This document shows positions 1-7,287 of a stretch of DNA of 64,000 bases, piece after piece (positions within the stretch are counted from its first letter, which is position 1; every line of letters starts with the position of its first letter). Under the pieces are notes generated by a model, which saw nothing but the letters and a program-made list of their open reading frames with translations, was not told where the DNA came from and ran no database searches. Both the position numbers and the translations under genes were made by a program. This DNA is from a virus. The stretch lies in the IMG/VR virus record IMGVR_UViG_3300030104_005963; one strand, 5' to 3'.

Positions 1-2
1 CT

Positions 3-1028
3 TTACAACAAGAGTATTATGATATTATTGAGAAAGCATGTGAGAAGATTGGTGTTACATACTATGTGCCCCCCATGAACAACTACAACAGGTGTGATAT
101 GAAATTTAATGCAATTCTTGCCAATCCTCCTTATCAATCTTCTAATGGTGGTGGGTCACAACGTGGTTCTACTACTAATCCTCTCTGGTGGCAGATTACT
201 AAAACAAGTCTCAACCTTCTTAAAAAAGATGGTATTCTAAGTTTCATCACTCCTACCAACATTGTAAACGGTGGTGATTGTTTCACCAAGATTTTCTTGG
301 GTGGTGATCGTAAGTTTGATTTAAACAAAGTTGACTTCACTGCTGCTGATTCTTTCAAGGTTGGTATTCCTATCTGTCGTTGGGTTGCTAACAACAAACT
401 CACTCCAGGTAACAATGTAATTGTTACCGATGGTCGCATTCTTGACACGTCTAACACTCTTAAAATCAGTTCAGATGTGATTGTTGATGGCATTATGAAC
501 ACCATGTTTTCTTATGGTGATACACTCAACTTCAATCAATCCAACTCTGATGATCCGCGTCAAGTAAATAAATTTAATTTCAACACTGAAAAGCGATATG
601 ACTTTCAAAATGTAGAAAAGCATTTGAAAAAGAATGCTCAACCAGAGGACTGGGCAAAGTTGGTTCTTACTCAGGATGAAACATTCAAGTATCCTGTCAA
701 CGTAAATGGTAAGATTAAGTATTCTCGCGTAAAGTGGAAGAATACTGGAACCTGGAGAGTTTTCTATCCTCAGTTGCAGAATCCTACTCAGATTACTGTT
801 GATGATGTTGCTGAAGCAGCACCCTCCACTTTTACCATGGTGGTTGATTCTGAGCAAGAAGGTAACAAGGTTAAGGCAATTCTTGATGACCCTTGCTATC
901 AGTGGGTGATTGAACAGACCCGAGTTAGTGGTAGAGTAACTGCTGTAATCTCTAAACTTCCTAATGCTCCCATTGAAGAAGTTCTGACCTCTGATCAACT
1001 CTCATATATTCAATCTCAACTCTCCTGA
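3..1028 (+). CDS. 5'-partial N6-adenine DNA methyltransferase-like protein (gamma class/Eco57I-like catalytic half plus target-recognition region)
   Basis: The frame is open from the window edge (LQQEYYDIIEKACEK...), so it extends upstream of the listed 66 start. It contains KFNAILANPPY (motif IV) and LLKKDGILSFITP (motif VI-like). No FxGxG motif I is visible in the window. Confidence 0.75.
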   Translation, partial: LQQEYYDIIEKACEKIGVTYYVPPMNNYNRCDMKFNAILANPPYQSSNGGGSQRGSTTNPLWWQITKTSLNLLKKDGILSFITPTNIVNGGDCFTKIFLGGDRKFDLNKVDFTAADSFKVGIPICRWVANNKLTPGNNVIVTDGRILDTSNTLKISSDVIVDGIMNTMFSYGDTLNFNQSNSDDPRQVNKFNFNTEKRYDFQNVEKHLKKNAQPEDWAKLVLTQDETFKYPVNVNGKIKYSRVKWKNTGTWRVFYPQLQNPTQITVDDVAEAAPSTFTMVVDSEQEGNKVKAILDDPCYQWVIEQTRVSGRVTAVISKLPNAPIEEVLTSDQLSYIQSQLS

Positions 1029-1030
1029 TC

Positions 1031-1594
1031 ATGAAACTGCAACACACATTTGGTTTTGATTGCGAAGAGATTGACTCTCTAATCTCTGACAATAAGTTAG
1101 ATTCATTCCTGAAAAAGTTGGTTGCCCTTGGTAAGAAACAAGATCCAGACTTCTATGACCCATTGAAGTTCATGGGAGATGGATTTGAATGGTTTGGTGA
1201 ATACTTCTTCAAATTTTTCAATGGCGACCATACACTCACATATACTGCAAACTATGAACCAAACTTCGATTATGATCGCGGTATTGATGGACGTGGACTC
1301 TCTACACTTGACGGACTGCCTAATGTCATTCAATTCAAATTTAAGGCAGATATTACAAAATATCTGACAAATGAGGATAATATTAGTAATGTTGCAGCAG
1401 ATGCAACTATGAACGAAGGTCTGCAATATAATGGAAAGAATGTTATAATAGTGACATCATGTAAGGGCGTACATCCTAAACATGCTATGGCAAATGCCCA
1501 TTGCATCGATAGAGAAAAAATGGCAAGACGTGTCGATAACAATGTCATTTTTTGGGACAATCTACGCAGCATCGTTAAGGAGCAATATGCCTAA
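1031..1594 (+). CDS. Putative PD-(D/E)xK (Mrr-like) restriction endonuclease-fold protein
   Basis: DRGIDG...VIQFK matches the Mrr_cat-type D-x-G-x-D...Q-x-K catalytic pattern. It lies between two methyltransferase fragments. Confidence 0.55.
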   Translation: MKLQHTFGFDCEEIDSLISDNKLDSFLKKLVALGKKQDPDFYDPLKFMGDGFEWFGEYFFKFFNGDHTLTYTANYEPNFDYDRGIDGRGLSTLDGLPNVIQFKFKADITKYLTNEDNISNVAADATMNEGLQYNGKNVIIVTSCKGVHPKHAMANAHCIDREKMARRVDNNVIFWDNLRSIVKEQYA

Positions 1595-2060
1595 AAATAC
1601 ACACAATTCAACAGTAGGATCAGATATTGAAAGATCAGATGAAAGAATCGATCTGACTGGTGAGGTATTCACTCCTATGGAATTGTGTGCTGAGATGGTG
1701 TCTGAACTGCCTCAATCAATGCTGCAAGATGCAAAGAGCACTTTTTTAGATCCCGCAGCGGGGTCAGGGAACTTCCTATTGGCACTCCAGACAGAATTAT
1801 TGAAATATCATGAGTTATCATATATCAATGACAATATGCTCTATGCTGTAGAACTTATGGAGGATAATCATGCAGAACTATGTGAAAGACTGGGAGTATC
1901 GGTCGATCATCCACATTTTGTGTGTGCGGATGCCCTGGAATATGATTATGAGTTCGGTGAACCAGCGGCATTGGAGAATGAATTGGGTAAGATTGATGCA
2001 CCTAAAATATACAATCGACCAACTATAGACAAAAAAAGTCAGGCAGCACCACTGTTCTGA
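1587..2060 (+). CDS. N6-adenine methyltransferase SAM-binding half (motifs X, I, II, III; no NPPY)
   Basis: GEVFTP (motif X), FLDPAAGSGNF (motif I), LYAVE (motif II) and CADAL (motif III). ATG at 1587 has an AAGGAG Shine-Dalgarno and overlaps the upstream stop (ATGCCTAA). Confidence 0.75.
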   Translation: MPKNTHNSTVGSDIERSDERIDLTGEVFTPMELCAEMVSELPQSMLQDAKSTFLDPAAGSGNFLLALQTELLKYHELSYINDNMLYAVELMEDNHAELCERLGVSVDHPHFVCADALEYDYEFGEPAALENELGKIDAPKIYNRPTIDKKSQAAPLF

Positions 2061-2115
2061 CCAGTTCATGAACTGGCACAGCAGGGGTTCCAAAACCGTC
2101 TGAGGGCTATATAAT
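2057..2115 (+). promoter_or_regulatory. Palindrome/promoter cassette copy A
   Basis: CTGACCAGTT-CATG-AACTGGCACA at 2057-2080; TATAAT at 2110-2115, 29 bp downstream. Confidence 0.7.
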
Positions 2116-2142
2116 GACTATGTAATCAAGGGAGGACCACTG

Positions 2143-2301
2143 ATGACCCAATCGGAAGTTGAGAAGCATCTGGCAGACCCTTACAATCGGATTCGTTATG
2201 CTTATGAATTTTTAGATAGTGAGATTGGTGATTTTGCAAAATGTATGGATAGAATTTATTATTGGTTATCCAAAGACATAGATTGCGAGGTTCACTACTA
2301 A
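2143..2301 (+). CDS. Hypothetical protein, 52 aa (MTQSEVEKHLADPYNRIRY...)
   Basis: GGAGG Shine-Dalgarno upstream; TAATG coupling to the next ORF; translated by hand. Confidence 0.6.
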   Translation: MTQSEVEKHLADPYNRIRYAYEFLDSEIGDFAKCMDRIYYWLSKDIDCEVHY

Positions 2302-2480
2302 TGAATAACGTAGACAGTATCAATCGTCAAATTCTTGAATTAAATCACCGGAAGAAAAAACTTGAACTTGAAATAAATGGTATTGATTCGACGATTCAGT
2401 TTCTGAGAGAACAAAAGGAATTGCTGGAAGGTGTGAAGGGCACCAATCAAACTACTTACGACGATCTTCTTTCTGACTGA
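2301..2480 (+). CDS. Hypothetical coiled-coil protein, 59 aa
   Basis: ATG overlaps the upstream stop; heptad-like Leu/Ile pattern. Confidence 0.6.
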   Translation: MNNVDSINRQILELNHRKKKLELEINGIDSTIQFLREQKELLEGVKGTNQTTYDDLLSD

Positions 2481-2481
2481 C

Positions 2482-3396
2482 ATGCTGACTCACATTGAAC
2501 ACATTGAAGACTCCATTCTGACCGGTGATCTTCGTCCACTTGACATTTTTGATGAATGGCATCACCTTTCCGTCAAAATGGACGGTGCTCCTGCTATTGT
2601 CTGGGGCACACATCCTGAGACTGATAAGTTTTTTGTCGGCACCAAGAGTGTATTCAACAAGAAAAAGATCAAAATCAATTATACTCATGATGACATCAAC
2701 AACAATCATGAGGGTAATGTATCTCTGATTCTTCATGCCTGTCTGGCAAATCTGCCTAAGACTGATGGTATTATTCAGGGTGATTTTATTGGGTTTGGTG
2801 GTGATGACACCTACAAACCGAATACAGTAACCTATGTGTTCGATGATATTGTTCAAGAGACAATCATTGTCGCACCACATACCTGGCACGAACCAGATCA
2901 GTGGTACAATGGTGATGGTAATTGTCTGCGTGAGTGTATGCCACTGCCACTGAATCATGGTGAAATGGTGAGCACAGATGAATGTCTGTTTGTGCAACCC
3001 AAGACCTGGAGAATCATGGATGAGGACTTTAGTTCCAGTATTGCCTTTGCACGTCAGATGGCACAAATGGTGGAGTTTGTGGATGAGAAACAGGTGGTGA
3101 AACTGAAACAGGTTCTTAACTCTTTCATCCGTGAGGGTATTGAACTGAATGAGGAAGTGATTGCCTATAGTGCGGACTGTGATGTCAATCTGATTCGGTT
3201 GTGGAAACTGGTTCAATCAATGAAGCATGAGTATCTGTTTGCCTGCCGTAATAACGGACCAAAGGCATATCTGAACAAACGTAGATGCCACGGTGAGGGT
3301 TATGTCGTCTTCCATGATTATGGCACGTTCAAGTTTGTGAAACGTGAGAACTTTAGTCGATTGAACTTCACAATGCAGAAGGCATGGGACAGTTGA
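2482..3396 (+). CDS. Ligase-like nucleotidyltransferase-fold protein (conserved phage family)
   Basis: KMDG (motif I KxDG), QGDF (motif III-like), EGYV (motif IV) and KFVK (motif V) occur in the ligase/capping-enzyme order. Confidence 0.6.
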   Translation: MLTHIEHIEDSILTGDLRPLDIFDEWHHLSVKMDGAPAIVWGTHPETDKFFVGTKSVFNKKKIKINYTHDDINNNHEGNVSLILHACLANLPKTDGIIQGDFIGFGGDDTYKPNTVTYVFDDIVQETIIVAPHTWHEPDQWYNGDGNCLRECMPLPLNHGEMVSTDECLFVQPKTWRIMDEDFSSSIAFARQMAQMVEFVDEKQVVKLKQVLNSFIREGIELNEEVIAYSADCDVNLIRLWKLVQSMKHEYLFACRNNGPKAYLNKRRCHGEGYVVFHDYGTFKFVKRENFSRLNFTMQKAWDS

Positions 3397-3458
3397 GGTG
3401 ATGGCACAGGGTGAGATGACTCTGCCTCGGTGTCTTTTATATGAGCAAAGACACCGAG
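3385..3458 (+). promoter_or_regulatory. Palindrome cassette copy B (degenerate) with 9-bp inverted repeat
   Basis: TGGGACAGTT-GAGG-TGATGGCACA at 3385-3408; CTCGGTGTC (3426-3434) and GACACCGAG (3450-3458) form a perfect inverted repeat. Confidence 0.5.
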
Positions 3459-3474
3459 TATTGTAGAGAAAAAT

Positions 3475-4194
3475 ATGAATTATAAAAAATGTGAAAAACC
3501 ATTTGATCATTGGGTTATAGATAATTTTTTTAAGAAAAAGGATGCGGACATTCTTTCTGATCAATTTTTAGAATTTGATGATGATCGGTGGTTTACTTAT
3601 AGCAATTCAATTGAAAATAAAAAAACACTTCAAAATTGGGGTTCTTTCCCTCCAAAAATATATCAAACTTTACAAGGTTTTTGTTCTCAAAAATTTATCA
3701 GTCGTATTAAAATTATTACAAACATTGATAAATTATACCCAGACTATGGTCTTCATGGTGGAGGACTTCATATACATGGGAGAGGTGGAAATTTAAACAT
3801 CCATAAAGATTATTCAATTCATCCAAAGTTAAAACTTCAAAGAAAACTCAATTTGATTATATACTTATCTAAAAATTGGGATGTTTCTTGGGGAGGTGGA
3901 CTTGAATTGTGGTCTCATGATCATAAAAATAATAAACCAAAAGAACTTGTAAAAACAATAGAACCAAAATTTAATAGGGCAATATTATTTGATACCACTC
4001 AAAATTCTTGGCATGGACTTCCTCAACCACTTACATGTCCTAAAGATGTATATCGAAAAAGTATTGCCGTTTATTATTTGACTAATGTTGATGACAATAC
4101 CGAGGAAAGATATAGAGCACTGTTTGTTCCGACAAAAAAACAAAGTAACAATAAGGATATTCTCAAATTAATTGAAAGTAGATCTAAATTATGA
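3475..4194 (+). CDS. 2OG-Fe(II) oxygenase (prolyl-4-hydroxylase-like)
   Basis: LNIHKD (HxD), RKLNLIIYL, WGGGLELW, SWHG (distal His) and RKSIA (2OG-binding Arg). Confidence 0.9.
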   Translation: MNYKKCEKPFDHWVIDNFFKKKDADILSDQFLEFDDDRWFTYSNSIENKKTLQNWGSFPPKIYQTLQGFCSQKFISRIKIITNIDKLYPDYGLHGGGLHIHGRGGNLNIHKDYSIHPKLKLQRKLNLIIYLSKNWDVSWGGGLELWSHDHKNNKPKELVKTIEPKFNRAILFDTTQNSWHGLPQPLTCPKDVYRKSIAVYYLTNVDDNTEERYRALFVPTKKQSNNKDILKLIESRSKL

Positions 4195-4229
4195 AAATAG
4201 CAATCATATGGGTTACTTAGTTGGTTGGT

Positions 4230-4288
4230 TGTGTCAGTAGATAAAGTGTCCACCCTGCTCCTGACTCTGGGTCATTCTGCCCTATAAT
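4230..4288 (+). promoter_or_regulatory. Palindrome/promoter cassette copy C
   Basis: TGTGTCAGTA-GATA-AAGTGTCCAC at 4230-4253; TATAAT at 4283-4288 (gap 29); GGGAGG Shine-Dalgarno before ATG 4313. Confidence 0.7.
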
Positions 4289-4312
4289 ACAGAGGTAAAC
4301 AAGGGAGGGACC

Positions 4313-4552
4313 ATGACCGACTTCATCTGTGCCTACTTTGGTTCTGACTGGACGATCACGGCACGGGGGTTCTCCAGTGCCCGTCAGGCGGAGAAGCACG
4401 GGCTCTACATGATGCCGACTGCCGGTGTCTTCGGGTTTGCCGTGATTCAGGAATCTGAGAACGGATGGGAGGTCTGTGATGACCGCAGCATCCTGTCACC
4501 AGTCAATAAAGTGACTCAAACTGATCTTAACACCTTCGACGTTTCTGTCTGA
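4313..4552 (+). CDS. Hypothetical protein, 79 aa
   Basis: ORF follows the promoter cassette, has a Shine-Dalgarno, and is TGATG-coupled to the next ORF. Confidence 0.7.
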   Translation: MTDFICAYFGSDWTITARGFSSARQAEKHGLYMMPTAGVFGFAVIQESENGWEVCDDRSILSPVNKVTQTDLNTFDVSV

Positions 4553-4752
4553 TGAACATTTTTCCGATTGATGACCAACTGATTACAATCATCGACCGAT
4601 TGAACAATGCAATCAATGTTTGTTATGGTGCTCCCGACAATGATGACCAGGGTTATCCTTATGCGACAGGATATGCACAATCTGCAATGATTGAAGTCGC
4701 AGAAAGTTTAGACCTTATTGTCGCACAAATGAGGGAGGAGAAGGACAGTTAA
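4552..4752 (+). CDS. Hypothetical protein, 66 aa
   Basis: Translationally coupled ORF. Confidence 0.7.
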   Translation: MNIFPIDDQLITIIDRLNNAINVCYGAPDNDDQGYPYATGYAQSAMIEVAESLDLIVAQMREEKDS

Positions 4753-4799
4753 GAAGGTGGCACACACCACCTTCACAGGGCACCCGGATGCCCTATAAT
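4741..4799 (+). promoter_or_regulatory. Palindrome/promoter cassette copy D
   Basis: AAGGACAGTT-AAGA-AGGTGGCACA at 4741-4764; TTCACA 4772-4777; GGGCA/TGCCC hairpin; TATAAT 4794-4799. Confidence 0.75.
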
Positions 4800-4825
4800 A
4801 AGAACATCGACAAGGGACACACCCC

Positions 4826-5092
4826 ATGCAACTGACCAACTCTGCCACAATCGTTGATTTCTTCCCTGAGGCATTTATTGCCGAGGCAGATGAGAAGAAA
4901 GGAATGAAGGTTGTGATCAAACGTTTCCACAAAAGAGTCACATTCCGTGCCAATGGTATGAAGTCCTACAGCACGGTTACGATGACCGATGCAAAAAATG
5001 AGTGGATGTCACGTATTGCCAAAGGTGCAGAAGTGACCAACTATAATACCGAAAAAATGCCTGCCGGTGAGTATCAACCTTTGTACTGCTGA
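4826..5092 (+). CDS. Hypothetical protein, 88 aa
   Basis: ORF follows a promoter cassette. Confidence 0.7.
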   Translation: MQLTNSATIVDFFPEAFIAEADEKKGMKVVIKRFHKRVTFRANGMKSYSTVTMTDAKNEWMSRIAKGAEVTNYNTEKMPAGEYQPLYC

Positions 5093-5349
5093 TGTTTTCT
5101 GATACTAATCGTCAACTTCGCAAACTTTCCATCTACAAACCAATGAACTTTCGTATTGTTGAGATTGATTTTGACTTTGATGATTCATGTGCCGATGAGA
5201 ACATTACCGATGAGTATAGGAATGATATAATTGATGAGGTACTTGCGACGACATGGGAGGCGTCTGATGGTGATGATTTAGTGGAGGAGATTACCACCGC
5301 CACCGGATGGTGTGTTAATTCGATTGATTATTGCCATGTTCTTTCTTAA
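5092..5349 (+). CDS. Hypothetical acidic protein, 85 aa
   Basis: TGATG-coupled ORF; D/E-rich. Confidence 0.65.
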   Translation: MFSDTNRQLRKLSIYKPMNFRIVEIDFDFDDSCADENITDEYRNDIIDEVLATTWEASDGDDLVEEITTATGWCVNSIDYCHVLS

Positions 5350-5388
5350 TTTGTGATATAATTAGAAGTAAGAGTATTCATCAAACTC

Positions 5389-5553
5389 ATGATCAAAACT
5401 TACAAAATCGAAGAAGAAGGAACCAATGGATGGGCACTTGTAGATGAAAGTTATCAGGGACTTACAAAAGAAAGGTGTTCTGAACTATTAGAAAATCTTC
5501 TGTCCAAAGGTGTCAATCCTAATTATCTTCGTGTGGTAAGAGATGATGTATAG
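5389..5553 (+). CDS. Hypothetical protein, 54 aa (MIKTYKIEEEGTNGW...)
   Basis: Translated by hand; preceded by an extended -10 (TG-A-TATAAT at 5354-5362). Confidence 0.6.
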   Translation: MIKTYKIEEEGTNGWALVDESYQGLTKERCSELLENLLSKGVNPNYLRVVRDDV

Positions 5554-5788
5554 TCCACAGGTTGATGACTATGTGAAATGGACTACCACACTTGGTAATG
5601 TTCATGAAGGATGGGTTTATTTTGCCGATAGGGAGTATATTACGATTGAACTATCTGTCAAAGATAAGAGTGAACAATCATATAAAGATTCACCAATACA
5701 TCGAAAGATTCATTCATTACTTCTCTGTCAGCACTATTATTGGGATCAGTTAGAGTATGTCAAACATCGAAGAAAAGAAGATGCTTAA
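5543..5788 (+). CDS. Hypothetical protein, 81 aa
   Basis: ORF overlaps its neighbours at both ends, consistent with an operon. Confidence 0.65.
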   Translation: MMYSPQVDDYVKWTTTLGNVHEGWVYFADREYITIELSVKDKSEQSYKDSPIHRKIHSLLLCQHYYWDQLEYVKHRRKEDA

Positions 5789-6482
5789 TGAAGTAATCGT
5801 CAAAGGTAAGGTCAAGAGTGTAATTCAGGGTATGAATGATGATGAGGTACTGATTCATTATCATGATACCGTGACTGCCGGTAATGGTAAAAAGAAAGGT
5901 TATCCTAAGGGTAAGGGTGAAATCAATGCAAAAATATCATCTCTTATATTTGAACAATTAGAGAAGAAAGGTATTCAGACACACTTCATACAATCTTCTG
6001 GTCCCGGTATTATGCGGTGTAAGAAGGTTGCAATTATTCCGATTGAAGTTGTGGTAAGGAATATAGCTGATGGTTCTATTGTAAGAGAAACCAGGATACC
6101 GAAAGATACGGTATTCAGTCCACCATTGATTGAGTTCTATCTGAAGGATGATAATAAGAATGATCCTTTACTTACGGAGGATAGATTATCTGTAATGGGA
6201 TATAAAAACCTAAGTCTGATTAAACAGTATACAAGGGAGACTAATGTCATTGTATCTGATTTGTTTAATAGGATAGGTATTACACTGGTTGATTTTAAGT
6301 TGGAGTTTGGTAAGACTGTTGATGGAAAGATTGTTGTTGCGGATGAGATCAGTCCTGATGGTTGTAGGTTGAGAAATAAGGAAACTAATATGAGTATGGA
6401 TAAAGATTTGTTCCGTAAAGGAGAAGGTGATATTATTGGTGCCTATAGTGAAATTATGGAGAAATTGATTGAAATATGCTAA
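5781..6482 (+). CDS. purC: Phosphoribosylaminoimidazole-succinocarboxamide (SAICAR) synthase
   Basis: GKVKSV, IPIEVVVRNIADGS, EFYLKDD..NDP, GITLVDFKLEFG, VADEISPD and DKDLFR. Start placed at ATG 5781, overlapping the upstream stop. Confidence 0.93.
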   Translation: MLNEVIVKGKVKSVIQGMNDDEVLIHYHDTVTAGNGKKKGYPKGKGEINAKISSLIFEQLEKKGIQTHFIQSSGPGIMRCKKVAIIPIEVVVRNIADGSIVRETRIPKDTVFSPPLIEFYLKDDNKNDPLLTEDRLSVMGYKNLSLIKQYTRETNVIVSDLFNRIGITLVDFKLEFGKTVDGKIVVADEISPDGCRLRNKETNMSMDKDLFRKGEGDIIGAYSEIMEKLIEIC

Positions 6483-6632
6483 AAAAGAGTTAAAAAACAA
6501 TTAAAAAGGTATTATTAAATATAAAACAGTTGTTTATCTTTAATGAGAATCATTAGCAATAAGGGTGTCAGTAACCCCGTGGATACTGTGTAGTAACCCC
6601 ATAATAACCTTAGAGTAACTCTCAGAAACCCT
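6480..6632. repeat. Phased A-tracts and 11-bp-phased AGTAACCCC-like 9-mers
   Basis: TAAAAA at 6480, 6491 and 6502. 9-mers at 6570 (AGTAACCCC), 6592 (AGTAACCCC), 6603 (AATAACCTT), 6614 (AGTAACTCT) and 6624 (AGAAACCCT). Confidence 0.7.
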
Positions 6633-6657
6633 CTGTCCTTATGTGAGTTTAGTCCGC

Positions 6658-6686
6658 ACGCTATCACACTCGGAGCATTTTGTCAA
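6658..6686 (-). promoter_or_regulatory. Leftward sigma70-like promoter
   Basis: The minus strand reads TTGACA-N17-TAGCGT with TG immediately upstream of the -10. Confidence 0.5.
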
Positions 6687-6736
6687 CAGGGGACGCAATA
6701 ATACTCTGAGACCCACACATTTTCTCGACGAGGTTG

Positions 6737-6744
6737 TATAAATA
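6737..6744 (+). promoter_or_regulatory. T4-type late promoter
   Basis: Exact TATAAATA. Confidence 0.45.
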
Positions 6745-6773
6745 GAACTTATGAATCTCGTCGAGACATACAC

Positions 6774-6802
6774 TTGACATCTCGACGATATCATAGTATC
6801 AT
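6774..6802 (+). promoter_or_regulatory. Rightward sigma70-like promoter
   Basis: TTGACA (6774-6779)-N17-TATCAT (6797-6802), upstream of ATG 6832. Confidence 0.65.
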
Positions 6803-6831
6803 AATCACAGTCATCAATCTCGACGAGAACC

Positions 6832-7038
6832 ATGTACGACGATTACGATCTCGACTATACATTAAGCAATGATTATGCATCATCATATGATCTCGACGAG
6901 ATGCGCGAAGGACATGTATCATCACATAACATGATACAAGATAGCGCATCATATAATGACGAGATGTCCGCATATGATGATGACGAACATCGTGATGAGC
7001 AAGATTATCAAGCGCTTGCATATATGCACTACGCATGA
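6832..7038 (+). CDS. Hypothetical highly acidic Asp/Tyr-rich protein, 68 aa
   Basis: ORF lies downstream of the promoter; MYDDYDLDY... Confidence 0.6.
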   Translation: MYDDYDLDYTLSNDYASSYDLDEMREGHVSSHNMIQDSASYNDEMSAYDDDEHRDEQDYQALAYMHYA

Positions 7039-7067
7039 TAGAATAGTCCGAGAATCACCTAACCACA

Positions 7068-7220
7068 ATGATTGCACAGAAACGCACAGTCCGTGTTATT
7101 CTAGACATCGAATGTTACGATGATTTAGATTTCAATCTGCAAGATTGGCGTGAAATCTTGCAGCTCGAAGGTGATGAAGATGTTCATGCTACCATCGAAG
7201 ATCTGCAAGATATCTTCTAG
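7068..7220 (+). CDS. Hypothetical acidic protein, 50 aa (MIAQKRTVRVILDIECYDDL...)
   Basis: Translated by hand; the stop abuts palindrome copy E. Confidence 0.6.
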   Translation: MIAQKRTVRVILDIECYDDLDFNLQDWREILQLEGDEDVHATIEDLQDIF

Positions 7221-7244
7221 TGTGACACTTCGTGAATTGGTTTC
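7221..7244 (+). promoter_or_regulatory. Palindrome copy E (right arm degenerate)
   Basis: TGTGACACTT-CGTG-AATTGGTTTC. Confidence 0.45.
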
Positions 7245-7287
7245 TTATTCTCAATAAGATCTCATTAATGAGAATAGAATATTCTAA

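Larger units (their letters stand above)
6723..6901. repeat. Six copies of the quasi-palindrome TCTCGWCGAGA
   Basis: Copies at 6723, 6756, 6780, 6818, 6849 (7-bp partial) and 6891. Confidence 0.8.

Noticed and set aside
1482-1586. The longer upstream start listed for the methyltransferase fragment (also the listed starts at 2262, 5757, 7343, 8609, 53881 and 60432)
   Set aside because: These extensions overlap upstream genes or promoter elements. The downstream starts are better placed, with Shine-Dalgarno sites, stop-start coupling, or a position just after a promoter or stop codon.
6639-7036. Minus-strand His/Met-rich ORFs (6639-6833, 6791-7036)
   Set aside because: Their composition is the antisense reflection of the Asp/Tyr-rich plus-strand ORF and the repeats, and they run across both promoters.
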